From assembly GCA_963838375.1 (NCBI GenBank), contig CAWIQY010000021.1, forward strand, positions 308,955 to 372,954: a stretch of 64,000 bases of DNA. Reading direction: 5' to 3'. Below the pieces are notes generated by a model. That model had not been told where the DNA came from. It was given only the letters and a program-made list of their open reading frames with translations, and made no database searches. Below, piece after piece: positions 50,443 through 60,369 of the stretch. This stretch comes from an uncultured cyanobacterium. Its GTDB lineage: Bacteria; Cyanobacteriota; Cyanobacteriia; Cyanobacteriales; Geitlerinemataceae. Both the position numbers and the translations under genes were made by a program. Each line of letters starts with the position of its first letter. Position 1 is the first letter of the stretch.

Positions 50443-51832
50443 ATGGGGAACGATCGGGTGCTGCCTACTACCGTTTTTGAGTCGATCGTTATGAGCTTGA
50501 ATCTAACGCAATTCTACCGCGCTTGCAACCCCAGCAGAACACTCAATATGAGTGAAGCCGAAGGGCGAAAATACTATATCGATTTTTCTTCCGTTCGCAG
50601 CCATAATATTATCGACGAATTGCAAGCTAATATTACCTTATTTTCACCGGAAAAACCGACTTTTCAGCTTTTTACCGGACATATCGGTTGTGGAAAAACC
50701 ACCGAGCTTCTGCGGCTGAAATCAATATTAGAAGAGGAAGGATTTCAAGTCGTTTACTTTGACTCTTCCCAGGGGATCGATTTAGCCGATACGGATATTG
50801 GGGAAATCCTGCTAACAATTGCTAGTTACTTGAGTCAAAGCTTTGCAGGTTTTGACTTGAAAAGCTCAATGTTAATCTGGCAGAATTTGCTACAAGAAGC
50901 TCAGCAAATTTTCAACCGGGAATTTGCCGGAGGATCGACTGCGGATGTTTCGACGATTCGAAATAAACGAGATGAAATCTCTAAGTTTTGCACTGCGGAA
51001 AATGACCCAGCACGCAAAAAAGAATCCGGAATTGAGAGTGAAGTTACGGCAATATTGGGAATCGAGGATTAGCCTCATCCTCCAAGCGATTAATACCGAA
51101 CTTCTAGAACCCGCAGCGGTGGCGATCGAGCAACAAGGAAAAAAAGGTCTGGTGACGATCGTCGATAACCTAGATCGACTCGAAACCGTCCAAAAACCGT
51201 GGGGACGTTCTCAACCAGAATATGTCTTTGTCGATCGAGGGGAACTACTCTGCAAACTCAGTTGCCATATGGTATACACAATTCCCCTAACTTTGATTTT
51301 TTCTAAAGATTCTGGTAGACTAACTCAGCGCTTTGGCAGCGCTCCCAAAGTTTTACCGACCATTCCCGTTCGAGATCGGCACGGACAAAGTTTCGCTCCC
51401 GGACTGGTTCAGCTTCAACAAATGGTTTTAGCTCGAGCGTTTCCAGATGTCGCCGAAGATCGTCGTCTGGCTTTAGTTCCCGAACTCTTTGACCATCAGC
51501 AGACTCTCAATCGTCTGTGTTACATTAGTGGAGGTCATGCTCGCAATTTATTGAGATTGTTGCATCGTTGGATAGAAAAAGAGCGCCGGTTGCCTTTATC
51601 GAGGAATGTGTTAGAAGTGGCGATTCGAGAACGTTGTCGCCAGCTTGTTTTATCGCTCTCCGAAGAAGAGAAAGGACTCTTGCGTCAAGTTGTCGAGCAG
51701 CACCGAATTTCTGGAACAGAAAACGACCAATTTTTACTTCGCAACCTGTTTGTTTTTGAGTATCAAGACGATCGAGGTTCTTGGTTCGATATTAACCCGA
51801 TTTTATTTGAATCTCGTGAGTTTGTCTTATGA
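50443..51832 (+). CDS. P-loop NTPase (AAA/STAND-like), with an apparent frameshift in 50924-51072; translationally coupled (ATGA overlap) to the downstream NACHT-WD40 gene
   Basis: Walker A is FTGHIGCGKTTELLRL. A Walker B-like LVTIVDNLDRLE is in the second frame. The ORF track gives two overlapping frames (50443-51072, 50924-51832). Confidence 0.55.
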
Positions 51833-54800
51833 TTGTGTCGCAACTAGGAGATAATTGGCAAGTCCAACACGATCGAACGATCGAAGAATTAGCCTTTGGC
51901 ATTGAAGCGTGTCAGGGACAGTTTAAACTCATTTTAGTTCGCTGTAATTCCGCTCGATTGAGATCGCAAGCCATCTCTCGTCTCCAGCAAACTCTATCCA
52001 TCAAGTTTTCAGACTTAAAGTTACCTCCATCGACCACCAGTTTATTAGAGACGATTCGATCTGCGATTGCTGATGACCCCACGGCTGCGTTAAACATTTG
52101 GGGGTTCGAGTCGGTGGTAAAAATCGATCGTTTGCTCAATGCAACAAACCAAGTACGAGAAGAGTTTCGCAAGCATTTTCCGTTTCCTTTAATTTTGTGG
52201 ATTAACGATGATATTTTACAGAAACTCATTCGCTTAGTTCCCGATTTTGAAAGTTGGACGACGATTTCTGAATTGAAACTTCAGACGGAAGATCTCATTC
52301 TGTTTATCCAACAGGAGAGCGATCGAGTCTTTCATGAATTTTTATCTCCCTTCAATCACCAATTTCTTCTAGGTCATGCCTTAATGGATCCAGACCGACA
52401 GCGAGAGTTTTGTTGGACGATCAAAGAATTAAAGACGCGAAAGATAGAGTTATCTCCTGAGTTAGAGGCTCGAGTTCAATTTATTCTCGGTCGCCAAGCC
52501 TATGAAAAAGATGAGTTAGAAACTGCCGAAAAGCTTTATTTAAAAAGTTTGAGTTTTTGGGAGAAAAATTCTATTGTTGAGACAGAATATCTCGTCAGGC
52601 AACACCCGATCGATAAAATCGAAAAATATCAACTGGAAAGCCGAGGAATTATACTACTTCATTTGGGACTCTGTTATTTTCGATACGCCGAATTGCGAGC
52701 GGTACAACGTCAAGCAAATTGGGAACTGGCTCGCGATCGTTTACGATCGTGTCTAGATGTTTTTGAATCTGCAAACCGTCCCGATCTAGTCGCTAAACTT
52801 ATCACTTATCTCAGTGAAGTTTTAAGATATTTAGAGAGTTGGAATGCACTCGAAAAAGTTGTCAAGAGATCGATTGCTCTACACGAAAATTACGGTAAAC
52901 CCATTCAACTTGCAGTCGATTATGGCTTTTTAGCTGAAATAGCATTGCAGCATCGGCAATGGCGCCAAGCTCGGCATTGGGCATCGCAAGCACTGCAAAC
53001 TTTGGGGCAACCTTTCACCGATCGAAATCAGCATTATATTCCTTACTATCCTTTACTGACTCAACTCTATCAGTTATTTTTAATAAAAGCCCAAACTTAT
53101 CTAAATCTTCCCCAACAGGCGGCTGAAAATTTAGAACAAGCGGTTCGAGAATTACCCCAAGTGCTTGAAGCCAGGACGCCGCTATACGATCCTTGGCGTT
53201 ATCTGCGGATTCTAGAAGGATTGCGACGGTTATATTTTGAAAAAGGTTGCTATCTAGAAGCCTTTGAAATTAAATTAAAACAACGATCGACTGAAGCCGC
53301 TTACGGATTTCGGGCATTTATTGGTGCGGGTCGTTTGGAAGCTTATCGAGAGGCAATTGCCATCGCTCAAACAACTTCTAATCTCGACGAAAATGTTGCG
53401 CGAGAAATCCAAGCTGCCGGACGACAAAGCGATATCAAAAGCTTGCAAGAACGAACGCTTCGTCCGGATTGCAAACTGACTATCCTCTATGGTCCTTCTG
53501 GAGTTGGAAAAAGCTCGATTCTCCACGCCGGGTTAATTCCCGCTCTCAAGCGCACCGCTTCAAATTCGCGGGATGTGATTCCCGTTGCCATTCGAGTTTA
53601 TAGCGATTGGTGTCGGGAACTGGGAAAAATGTTGGCAAGAGCGATCGATCTTTCTGTCCAAAGAGAGGATAGAGAAGCGGCTGAGACTCTCCATCCATTG
53701 TCTAGCTGCTTTACTCTAGATGAAGAATGTGGATCTAGTACGATTTTAGAGCAGTTACAGCGCAATGGAGAACAAAACCGATTAACGGTTATTGTTTTTG
53801 AGCAATTTGAGGAATTTTTCTTTAATCATCCTCAAGTCAATCAACGAATCGGCTTTTATGCTTTTTTTAAAGAAGCACTCAAACTTCCTTACTTTAGTAT
53901 CATAATTTCCATTCGCGAAGATTATATCGACAATCTTCTGGAGTTGGAACGATTTATCGACTCAGAACAAGAATCTCGAGATATTTTAGCCAAGAGAAAT
54001 CGATATTATCTCGGCAATCTCTCCCAAGAAAGCGCTCGCCAAGTGATTCGAGTGTTAACCCAACGCGCTCACTTCGAGTTGGAACCCCAATTGCTCGATC
54101 GGCTGGTTGAAGATTTAGCAGACGAACAAGGCGAAATTCGTCCCATCGAACTGCAAATTGTCGGCACACAACTACAAGCCGAAAATATTCAAACCTTAGA
54201 AAAATACGAGCGATCGGGAAATTTTAAAAACCTAGTCGAAGGCTTTATCGAAGAAGCCGTTCGCGACTGTGGCGAAGAAAACGAAACCCTCGCCAAACTC
54301 ATCCTATTCTTTTTGACCGGGGAAAATAACTCGCGACCGCTAAAAACCCGATCGGAACTCGCCGCCTATCTAGATGGAAACCCCAAAGAACTCAATCTCG
54401 TTTTAAAAATCCTCAAACAATCCGGCTTAATCGTCGCCCATCCCGAAGTTCCCCACCACCGCTACCAACTCGTCCACGATTACCTCGTGCCGTTGATCCG
54501 ACAACAGCAGGAGTTAGCCAAAGAAGCCGAAACCCAAGCGTTACGCCAAGAAAATCGCCTGTTGCGCGAACTTGCCGAAGCGCAAACCAAGCAAAAACAA
54601 AGCGATACTCGCTTCGTGCGTTCTCTGGTTGTTGCCCTTACCGGAACTGTCATCAGCGTCTTCAGTTTTGCTGCATTGTGGCTGTTTGCCACGGGAGAAA
54701 CCCGCAAAGCCGAACAGGCGCAACAAGAAGCCGCCATCGCCGAAATCGAAGCCCATAATTCGGCATCCAAAGCCCTACTTCTTTCCAGCCATCAATTCGA

Positions 54801-56784
54801 GGCACTGGTCGATAGTGTCAAAGCTGGACGGCAATTTCAACAACTGCAAACACCAGAATATTATCCCACCCAAGACAGTCAACTCCGGGGGCAAATCCTC
54901 AGTCAAGTTCAGCAAGCCTTCTATGGCATTACCGAACGCAACCGCCTCGAAGGTCATAGCAATAGCGTCCTGGATGTGGCATTCAGTCCTGATGGTGAAT
55001 GGATTGCCTCTGCCAGCCAAGATCGCACCATCAAACTCTGGCAACCCGACGGCAGTTTAGTCCAAGAGTTATCTGAAAATGAAGGTGCGGCGACGGGTGT
55101 CAGCTTTAGCCCGGACAGTCGGTTTCTCGCCACGGCAAGTGAAGACAGCCAGAGTCGGGGAACCGTGACCTTGTGGCAGATCGATCCTTCGGGAACTCGC
55201 ACCGTCCGCCGTTGGATTGCCCACCCCAATACCGTCACCCATCTGGCATTCAGTCCCGACGGTCAACAGTTGGTGACGGCAAGCTGGGACGATACGGTGA
55301 AGCTTTGGACGACGGGTGGTACGGAACTCGCCACCTTTAAAGGACACCGCGACGGCGTTCTAGACGTGAGTTTCAGCCCCGATGGTGGCACCATCGCCAC
55401 TGCTAGCTTAGACAAAACCGTGAGATTGTGGGATATGCAGGGCAAACTCTTAAACGTTTTTTCCGATCATACCGATGGCGTGACGGGGGTGGCATTCAGT
55501 CCCGACGGTCGCACCATTGCCACTTCTAGTGCCGATCGAACGGTCAAATTGTGGACGCCAGAAGGCTTACCCACGGCAACTTTGAAAAAACCCAACGGCG
55601 ATATTGTTTGGGATGTGAGTTTCAGCCCCGACGGGCAAACCCTCGCCACCGCCAGCGAGGACACCACCGTCACCCTGTGGACGCCAGAAGGCCAACCGAT
55701 ACAGACGTTGCGCGGACACCGCAAACCCATTCGCAGCGTGAGTTTCAGTCCCGACGGTGCAACCCTCGCCACCGCCAGTGAAGATAACACCGTCGAACTG
55801 TGGTCTCCCCAAAGTCCCAAACAACCCGCACTGCGCGGACACCAGGGAGAGGTTTGGGCAGTGGCATTCAGTCCCAACGGTCAAATGCTGGTAACGGGAA
55901 GTCAAGATGGCGCGGTGAAGTTGTGGATGCCCAATGGGACACTTTTGAATACGCTGAAGAGTGAGGGAGAATCTGTGAATTGGGTGGGGTTCAGTCCCGA
56001 CGGCAGGACGATCGCCTCTGCTAGCGATGATGGTACGCTAAAATTGATACAAAGCGATGGGACGGTGTTAACGACAATCGCACACGGAAACAGCGTCAGC
56101 GCCGCCAGTTTTAGTCCCGATGGTCAAATCATTGCCACGGTGGGGGACAAGGCACTAAAACTGTGGAACCGCAACGGCACGCGGCGACAAACTTTCTTTG
56201 CCAATGCCGATGCCGAAGTCAACAGCGTTGCTTTTAGTCCCGATGGTCAAACCCTTGTCACCGGACATGGCGATGCCAAAGGCAGCGACTATACCGTGAA
56301 ACTCTGGAACCTGGAAGGACAGCTTTTGCGGACGTTTGTCGGGCATCAAGGTTCGGTGAACTGGGTGAGTTTCAGTCCCGATGGTCAAACCATCGCCTCG
56401 GGGAGTCGAGACAAAACCTTGAAACTGTGGGATCTACAGGGAAACACCCTGCAAACCTCGATCGGTCATATCGGGCGCGTTTACTGGGTTAGCTTCAGTC
56501 CTGACGGTGAAACGATCGCGTCCGCCAGCAACGACGGTACAATTAAACTTTGGGGCGTAACAGACGGTCAGCTACTGACGACGTTTGAAGGTCACAAAGC
56601 GGCTGTGTTGAGCGTCAGTTTCAGTCCCGACGGCAGGCAACTGGCAACGGCAAGCAAGGACACTACGGTGTTGTTGTGGAACTTAAATCTCGATGATTTA
56701 CTCGATCGAAGTTGTGATTGGGTTGCCGATTATCTGAGAACGAATCGTAATGTCAAAAGCAGCGATCGAACCCTGTGCGATTGA
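51829..56784 (+). CDS. Giant STAND protein: ~540-aa N-terminal region of unknown function, a NACHT-type NTPase, a predicted TM helix, and 14 or more WD40 repeats
   Basis: 1651 aa. The P-loop is ILYGPSGVGKSSILHAGL and the Walker B-like motif is LTVIVFEQFEEFFF. A hydrophobic helix follows (VVALTGTVISVFSFAALWLFATG). WD40 units repeat the pattern GH..V..V.FSPDG..IA(S/T)AS.D.T(V/I)KLW. Confidence 0.85.
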   Translation: MIVSQLGDNWQVQHDRTIEELAFGIEACQGQFKLILVRCNSARLRSQAISRLQQTLSIKFSDLKLPPSTTSLLETIRSAIADDPTAALNIWGFESVVKIDRLLNATNQVREEFRKHFPFPLILWINDDILQKLIRLVPDFESWTTISELKLQTEDLILFIQQESDRVFHEFLSPFNHQFLLGHALMDPDRQREFCWTIKELKTRKIELSPELEARVQFILGRQAYEKDELETAEKLYLKSLSFWEKNSIVETEYLVRQHPIDKIEKYQLESRGIILLHLGLCYFRYAELRAVQRQANWELARDRLRSCLDVFESANRPDLVAKLITYLSEVLRYLESWNALEKVVKRSIALHENYGKPIQLAVDYGFLAEIALQHRQWRQARHWASQALQTLGQPFTDRNQHYIPYYPLLTQLYQLFLIKAQTYLNLPQQAAENLEQAVRELPQVLEARTPLYDPWRYLRILEGLRRLYFEKGCYLEAFEIKLKQRSTEAAYGFRAFIGAGRLEAYREAIAIAQTTSNLDENVAREIQAAGRQSDIKSLQERTLRPDCKLTILYGPSGVGKSSILHAGLIPALKRTASNSRDVIPVAIRVYSDWCRELGKMLARAIDLSVQREDREAAETLHPLSSCFTLDEECGSSTILEQLQRNGEQNRLTVIVFEQFEEFFFNHPQVNQRIGFYAFFKEALKLPYFSIIISIREDYIDNLLELERFIDSEQESRDILAKRNRYYLGNLSQESARQVIRVLTQRAHFELEPQLLDRLVEDLADEQGEIRPIELQIVGTQLQAENIQTLEKYERSGNFKNLVEGFIEEAVRDCGEENETLAKLILFFLTGENNSRPLKTRSELAAYLDGNPKELNLVLKILKQSGLIVAHPEVPHHRYQLVHDYLVPLIRQQQELAKEAETQALRQENRLLRELAEAQTKQKQSDTRFVRSLVVALTGTVISVFSFAALWLFATGETRKAEQAQQEAAIAEIEAHNSASKALLLSSHQFEALVDSVKAGRQFQQLQTPEYYPTQDSQLRGQILSQVQQAFYGITERNRLEGHSNSVLDVAFSPDGEWIASASQDRTIKLWQPDGSLVQELSENEGAATGVSFSPDSRFLATASEDSQSRGTVTLWQIDPSGTRTVRRWIAHPNTVTHLAFSPDGQQLVTASWDDTVKLWTTGGTELATFKGHRDGVLDVSFSPDGGTIATASLDKTVRLWDMQGKLLNVFSDHTDGVTGVAFSPDGRTIATSSADRTVKLWTPEGLPTATLKKPNGDIVWDVSFSPDGQTLATASEDTTVTLWTPEGQPIQTLRGHRKPIRSVSFSPDGATLATASEDNTVELWSPQSPKQPALRGHQGEVWAVAFSPNGQMLVTGSQDGAVKLWMPNGTLLNTLKSEGESVNWVGFSPDGRTIASASDDGTLKLIQSDGTVLTTIAHGNSVSAASFSPDGQIIATVGDKALKLWNRNGTRRQTFFANADAEVNSVAFSPDGQTLVTGHGDAKGSDYTVKLWNLEGQLLRTFVGHQGSVNWVSFSPDGQTIASGSRDKTLKLWDLQGNTLQTSIGHIGRVYWVSFSPDGETIASASNDGTIKLWGVTDGQLLTTFEGHKAAVLSVSFSPDGRQLATASKDTTVLLWNLNLDDLLDRSCDWVADYLRTNRNVKSSDRTLCD

Positions 56785-56785
56785 A

Positions 56786-57010
56786 TCAACTCTGATTTTT
56801 TACATCGACTTTTTGGGGTTGCGCGTAGCTATCAGCGTCGCCAACTGTGCCAATTTTCTCGGGATCTTGGTTGATACATCCCCGTTGTTTGGCATACTGA
56901 CACACGCGGGCGTAGAGTCGGGCTCTCGATCCGGGGGCGCCATTGGAGAATTGAACCACATCTCGCGCGATCGAAACGTTACAGATCGGACAAGTTTGAG
57001 TCGGATTCAT
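56786..57010 (-). CDS. Hypothetical small Cys-rich (zinc-ribbon-like) protein
   Basis: 74 aa. The pairs CPICN...C...C suggest a metal-binding ribbon. The gene sits between the pilT terminator and the WD40 gene end. Confidence 0.3.
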   Translation of the reverse strand: MNPTQTCPICNVSIARDVVQFSNGAPGSRARLYARVCQYAKQRGCINQDPEKIGTVGDADSYAQPQKVDVKNQS

Positions 57011-57177
57011 CAGTTTAACTCCAGCAGTGACAAATGTTAGGTCTTTGAGTCGGATCTAACCCAAAAAAACCGCGATACAGCTTTTGACGATCGCTTGGCG
57101 TCCAGCATATAAGGAGCGATTAAAAATTTTTGTAACAAATCTATCTAAATTTCACATTTTATGGATTAAAAAATTGC

Positions 57178-57222
57178 TTCGCCCCTCTCATTGTGAAACT
57201 GAGGAAGGGCGAAGCACTTGTT
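57178..57222 (-). terminator. Rho-independent terminator of pilT (minus strand)
   Basis: A 10-bp perfect stem TGCTTCGCCC/GGGCGAAGCA, with extended imperfect pairing, is followed on the minus strand by AATTTTTTAAT. It lies 15 nt after the pilT stop. Confidence 0.55.
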
Positions 57223-57236
57223 TCAACCCGCCATGG

Positions 57237-58583
57237 CTAATTCCAATCCCGAGGTGACTGGGCGGCATCGTACCCACCTGTCCGCATCAGACGATCGAGT
57301 TCGCTAGAATCGGGAGAAGCTTTTGTGGCATCCTCGATGGTGATGCGACCTTCCAAAATTTCCTTGTAGAGGGCTTGGTTCATCAACTGCATTCCCTCAA
57401 TATTATCGGTCTTCATCAACAGCAGAGCATCATCGTCGTTGCCTTTGAGCAGATAATCCTGCATGGCGGGTGTATTGATGAGAATGTCGTGAACGGCAAC
57501 CCGTTGACCATCCGTCGTCGGCAGCAATAATTGAGCCACCACCGCCACCAAAGACTCGGAAATTTGCAGGCGCATGGCTTCCTGTTCTTCCGGGGGATAG
57601 ATGTTGAGCAAGCGGTTCACGGAGTTGATGGCGTTACGGGTGTGTAGTGTCCCCAAGACTAAGTGACCGGTTTGGGCAGCTTGCAGAGCCGTATTTACCG
57701 TTACTCGGTCGCGCATTTCCCCAATGAGAATCACATCGGGATCTTCCCGCAATACCGATCGTAAGGCATTGAGAAATTCTAGGGTATGTAAACCCACTTC
57801 CCGCTGGCTGATCAAGCAGTTTTGGGAGGGGTGCACAAATTCGATCGGATCTTCGATGGTGACAACGTGCTTGTATGCCGACTCGTTCAAATGGCGCAGC
57901 ATCGCCGCTAAGGTGGTTGATTTCCCCGAACCCGTGGGACCCGTAATCAGAATTAATCCTTGGGGACGACTGATGATATTTTTGAGGACGGGCGGCAAAC
58001 CTAAAGCTTCGATGCTGGGAATATCCAGGCTAATGAGACGCAACACCATTGCGCCCCCCGTTAGGGATTCAAAGCAATTGACCCGGCAACGGACGAAACC
58101 GGGGTAGAAAATGGCTGTATCCAGTTCCTTGGTTTCGACAAAGGTCTGAATTTGCTTGGGATTGAGAATCTCGGCGAGGAACATCTGGTAGAGTTCGGGT
58201 GTCACCTTGGGAATTTCTTCCATGACTGTCATTTTGCCCCGAATGCGGAAGCGGGGGATTTGTCCGACACGAATGTGAATGTCAGAGGCACCCTGTGCTG
58301 CCGCATGCTTCACCATTTTTTTGACCGATACGTTCGGACGGGTGGATTTGGCGGACGAGGAGGAGCGGTGCGGCGGCGGTGGAGGTGGGGCGTTAGATCC
58401 GATTTCTGGGGGTTTCAATCCTGCCGGAGTATTGTTATCGGTCATGGGATTCTCCTGTCCGTTAATATCGATGTTTGACGAAGATGGAAGAGTCAGAATG
58501 TTAGTCTGGAATGCAAATCGATCGACCTCTATCCGCCGTGTTTGAGATCGATCGTCTGGTAACTTCATTGTAGGAAGTCTCAC
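57237..58583 (-). CDS. pilT: Type IV pilus retraction ATPase PilT-family (PilT2-like, with Pro-rich N-terminal extension)
   Basis: 448 aa. Walker A is GPTGSGKSTTLAAM and the PilT His-box is GHLVLGTLHT. The N-terminal ~100 aa are low complexity (PPPPPPH). Confidence 0.85.
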   Translation of the reverse strand: MRLPTMKLPDDRSQTRRIEVDRFAFQTNILTLPSSSNIDINGQENPMTDNNTPAGLKPPEIGSNAPPPPPPHRSSSSAKSTRPNVSVKKMVKHAAAQGASDIHIRVGQIPRFRIRGKMTVMEEIPKVTPELYQMFLAEILNPKQIQTFVETKELDTAIFYPGFVRCRVNCFESLTGGAMVLRLISLDIPSIEALGLPPVLKNIISRPQGLILITGPTGSGKSTTLAAMLRHLNESAYKHVVTIEDPIEFVHPSQNCLISQREVGLHTLEFLNALRSVLREDPDVILIGEMRDRVTVNTALQAAQTGHLVLGTLHTRNAINSVNRLLNIYPPEEQEAMRLQISESLVAVVAQLLLPTTDGQRVAVHDILINTPAMQDYLLKGNDDDALLLMKTDNIEGMQLMNQALYKEILEGRITIEDATKASPDSSELDRLMRTGGYDAAQSPRDWN

Positions 58584-58756
58584 CCAGATTAGAGGAAATT
58601 GAATTATTTTTTAACGGATCTCGGAAGTCCCGATCCTTAACTATTGGTAGGGTGAGGATCGGGGGATGAAGATTCTATCCTGAATTGACTTTTGGCACTC
58701 GTCAAAACAAGTTCTGGATGGATGACGAATTCCTAGGATTTTCTGGATCGTCGAAA

Positions 58757-58829
58757 TGGAGCTAAGCGGATTCGAACCGCTGACCCCCTCAATGCCATTG
58801 AGGTGCTCTACCAACTGAGCTATAACCCC
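58757..58829 (-). tRNA. tRNA-Ala (anticodon GGC), CCA not encoded
   Basis: The reverse complement GGGGTTATAGCTCAGTTGGTAGAGCACCTCAATGGCATTGAGGGGGTCAGCGGTTCGAATCCGCTTAGCTCCA folds by hand as a cloverleaf. The acceptor GGGGTTA/TAGCTCC carries the G3:U70 alanine identity pair. The anticodon loop is ATGGCAT, the T-stem AGCGG/CCGCT and the T-loop TTCGAAT. Confidence 0.9.
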
Positions 58830-58884
58830 GCGAGATGCTTTGTAATTATGACCCAAGAGTGGGGAGAAAGTCAACAGGTTTTGC

Positions 58885-59091
58885 TTAAAGCTGGGCTTTT
58901 AATGCCGCCATCTCGCTTATATAGCCCATGTAGTTCCCCATAAGAAAGTACACGGAAATCATAGCGACCGCCGCGATCGCCACCAGACTACCGGCGAGCA
59001 TCAGGGAAAATTCGCGCTGTTCTACCGCTTTTTCCATCAGGTGCAGCGACCAGGCGATCAGCGCCACCACAAAAAAGAGGATTATGAACAT
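58885..59091 (-). CDS. Hypothetical small membrane protein (68 aa, two TM helices)
   Basis: MFIILFFVVALIAWSLHLME...LVAIAAVAMISVYFLMGNY is hydrophobic, and the ORF is compact. Confidence 0.4.
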   Translation of the reverse strand: MFIILFFVVALIAWSLHLMEKAVEQREFSLMLAGSLVAIAAVAMISVYFLMGNYMGYISEMAALKAQL

Positions 59092-59161
59092 AGTTTACAT
59101 ATCGTAACTTTCAATATCTTGACATAGTTTAACATAGTGTTTTATGGGTTTCCTGAGTGTG

Positions 59162-59932
59162 TCAAGAGTTCCGCACTGGAATTTGACGATCGGCTAAATA
59201 GCCTTTAATCTGCTCGACGCTGAGCTGTCCGTAATGCAATAGGGACGCCAATAGTGCCGCTTCTGCCTTGCCTTCGGTCACCGCTTCGTAGATGTGCTGG
59301 CAGTTGCCAGCGCCACCGGAGGCAATCACCGGAATTTGCACGAGTTCGGCGATCGATCGAGTCAGTTCTAAGTCATACCCAGCCTGGGTTCCGTCGGCAT
59401 CCATACTGGTGACGAGCAGCTCTCCCGCGCCGCGCCGTTCCACATCTTGCGCCCAAGCGATGGCGTCTTTGCCTGTATTTTCCCGTCCTCCTCGGACATA
59501 CACATCCCATCCCGGATTGGCAGGATCGGTACGGCGACGGGCATCAATGGCAACCACGATACACTGATTTCCGAAGCGATCGCTAGCACGATCGATCAAT
59601 TCTGGATCGCGAACGGCGGCAGAGTTAATACTCACCTTATCCGCTCCGGCTCTTAACAAATTTTTAATGGTTTCTAAGGATTGAATCCCGCCGCCCACCG
59701 TCAGGGGAATAAACACCCGTTCTGCGGTTCGATAAACCACATCGAAGATGATTCCCCGTTCCTCGTGAGTTGCCGTAATATCCAGAAACACCAGTTCGTC
59801 GGCGCCCGCGTCATTATAAACTTGTGCCAGCTCCACCGGATCGCCAGCATCTTGCAAGTTGACAAAGTTGACTCCTTTGACGACGCGCCCCGCTTTCACA
59901 TCTAAACAAGGCAAAATTCGTTTGGCAAGCAT
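59162..59932 (-). CDS. hisF: Imidazole glycerol phosphate synthase cyclase subunit
   Basis: 256 aa. The motif [16 protein letters not shown] is present, as are the (beta/alpha)8 barrel signatures and the C-terminal GGAG phosphate-binding motif. Confidence 0.95.
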   Translation of the reverse strand: MLAKRILPCLDVKAGRVVKGVNFVNLQDAGDPVELAQVYNDAGADELVFLDITATHEERGIIFDVVYRTAERVFIPLTVGGGIQSLETIKNLLRAGADKVSINSAAVRDPELIDRASDRFGNQCIVVAIDARRRTDPANPGWDVYVRGGRENTGKDAIAWAQDVERRGAGELLVTSMDADGTQAGYDLELTRSIAELVQIPVIASGGAGNCQHIYEAVTEGKAEAALLASLLHYGQLSVEQIKGYLADRQIPVRNS

Positions 59933-59970
59933 GGCGACTCCTTATAATTTACAGGCGTTAGCAGGCTCAA

Positions 59971-60219
59971 ATGCCTGATACACTATGGGATGGTTTATTA
60001 ATTTTACTGATAAGACTTGTGATGGAAGTAGGTCAAAAAGTTAAAGTCCGCCGAATTCGCGATCGCGTCCCCGCAGATGTGATCGGCAAAATCAAGCAAA
60101 ACCCCATAGGGACAATTTCCGGCTACAAAATGGTCGATGGCAGTGGTGTGGGTGTCGTCGTCGAGTTTGATAGCAAGTTTTCTTATTGGTTCTTTGAAGA
60201 CGAAGTACAGGCGGTGTAA
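59971..60219 (+). CDS. Hypothetical small protein (SH3/KOW-like, NdhS-like?); an alternative start at 60022 gives MEVGQKVKVRR...
   Basis: 82 aa, or 65 aa from the internal ATG. The KVKVRR...VDGSGVGVVVEF...WFFEDE pattern resembles small beta-barrel proteins. Confidence 0.35.
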   Translation: MPDTLWDGLLILLIRLVMEVGQKVKVRRIRDRVPADVIGKIKQNPIGTISGYKMVDGSGVGVVVEFDSKFSYWFFEDEVQAV

Positions 60220-60369
60220 TCAGAATACAGGAGTTCAGGAGTAAGTGCTGCGCACTCTTCTCGCCTACAGGAAGGAGTAGGCGCGAACTGCGTCGGTTGG
60301 CTCTTGCAGAGCGGCTATGCCGACAGGAGTTTTCCTGTTACCGAAAAACTGGGTTTAAAGCTTCCCCCT

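Noticed and set aside
54480-56388. Multiple 70-140-aa minus-strand ORFs under the WD40 gene
   Set aside because: They are antisense artefacts of the GC-rich, repetitive WD40 coding region.
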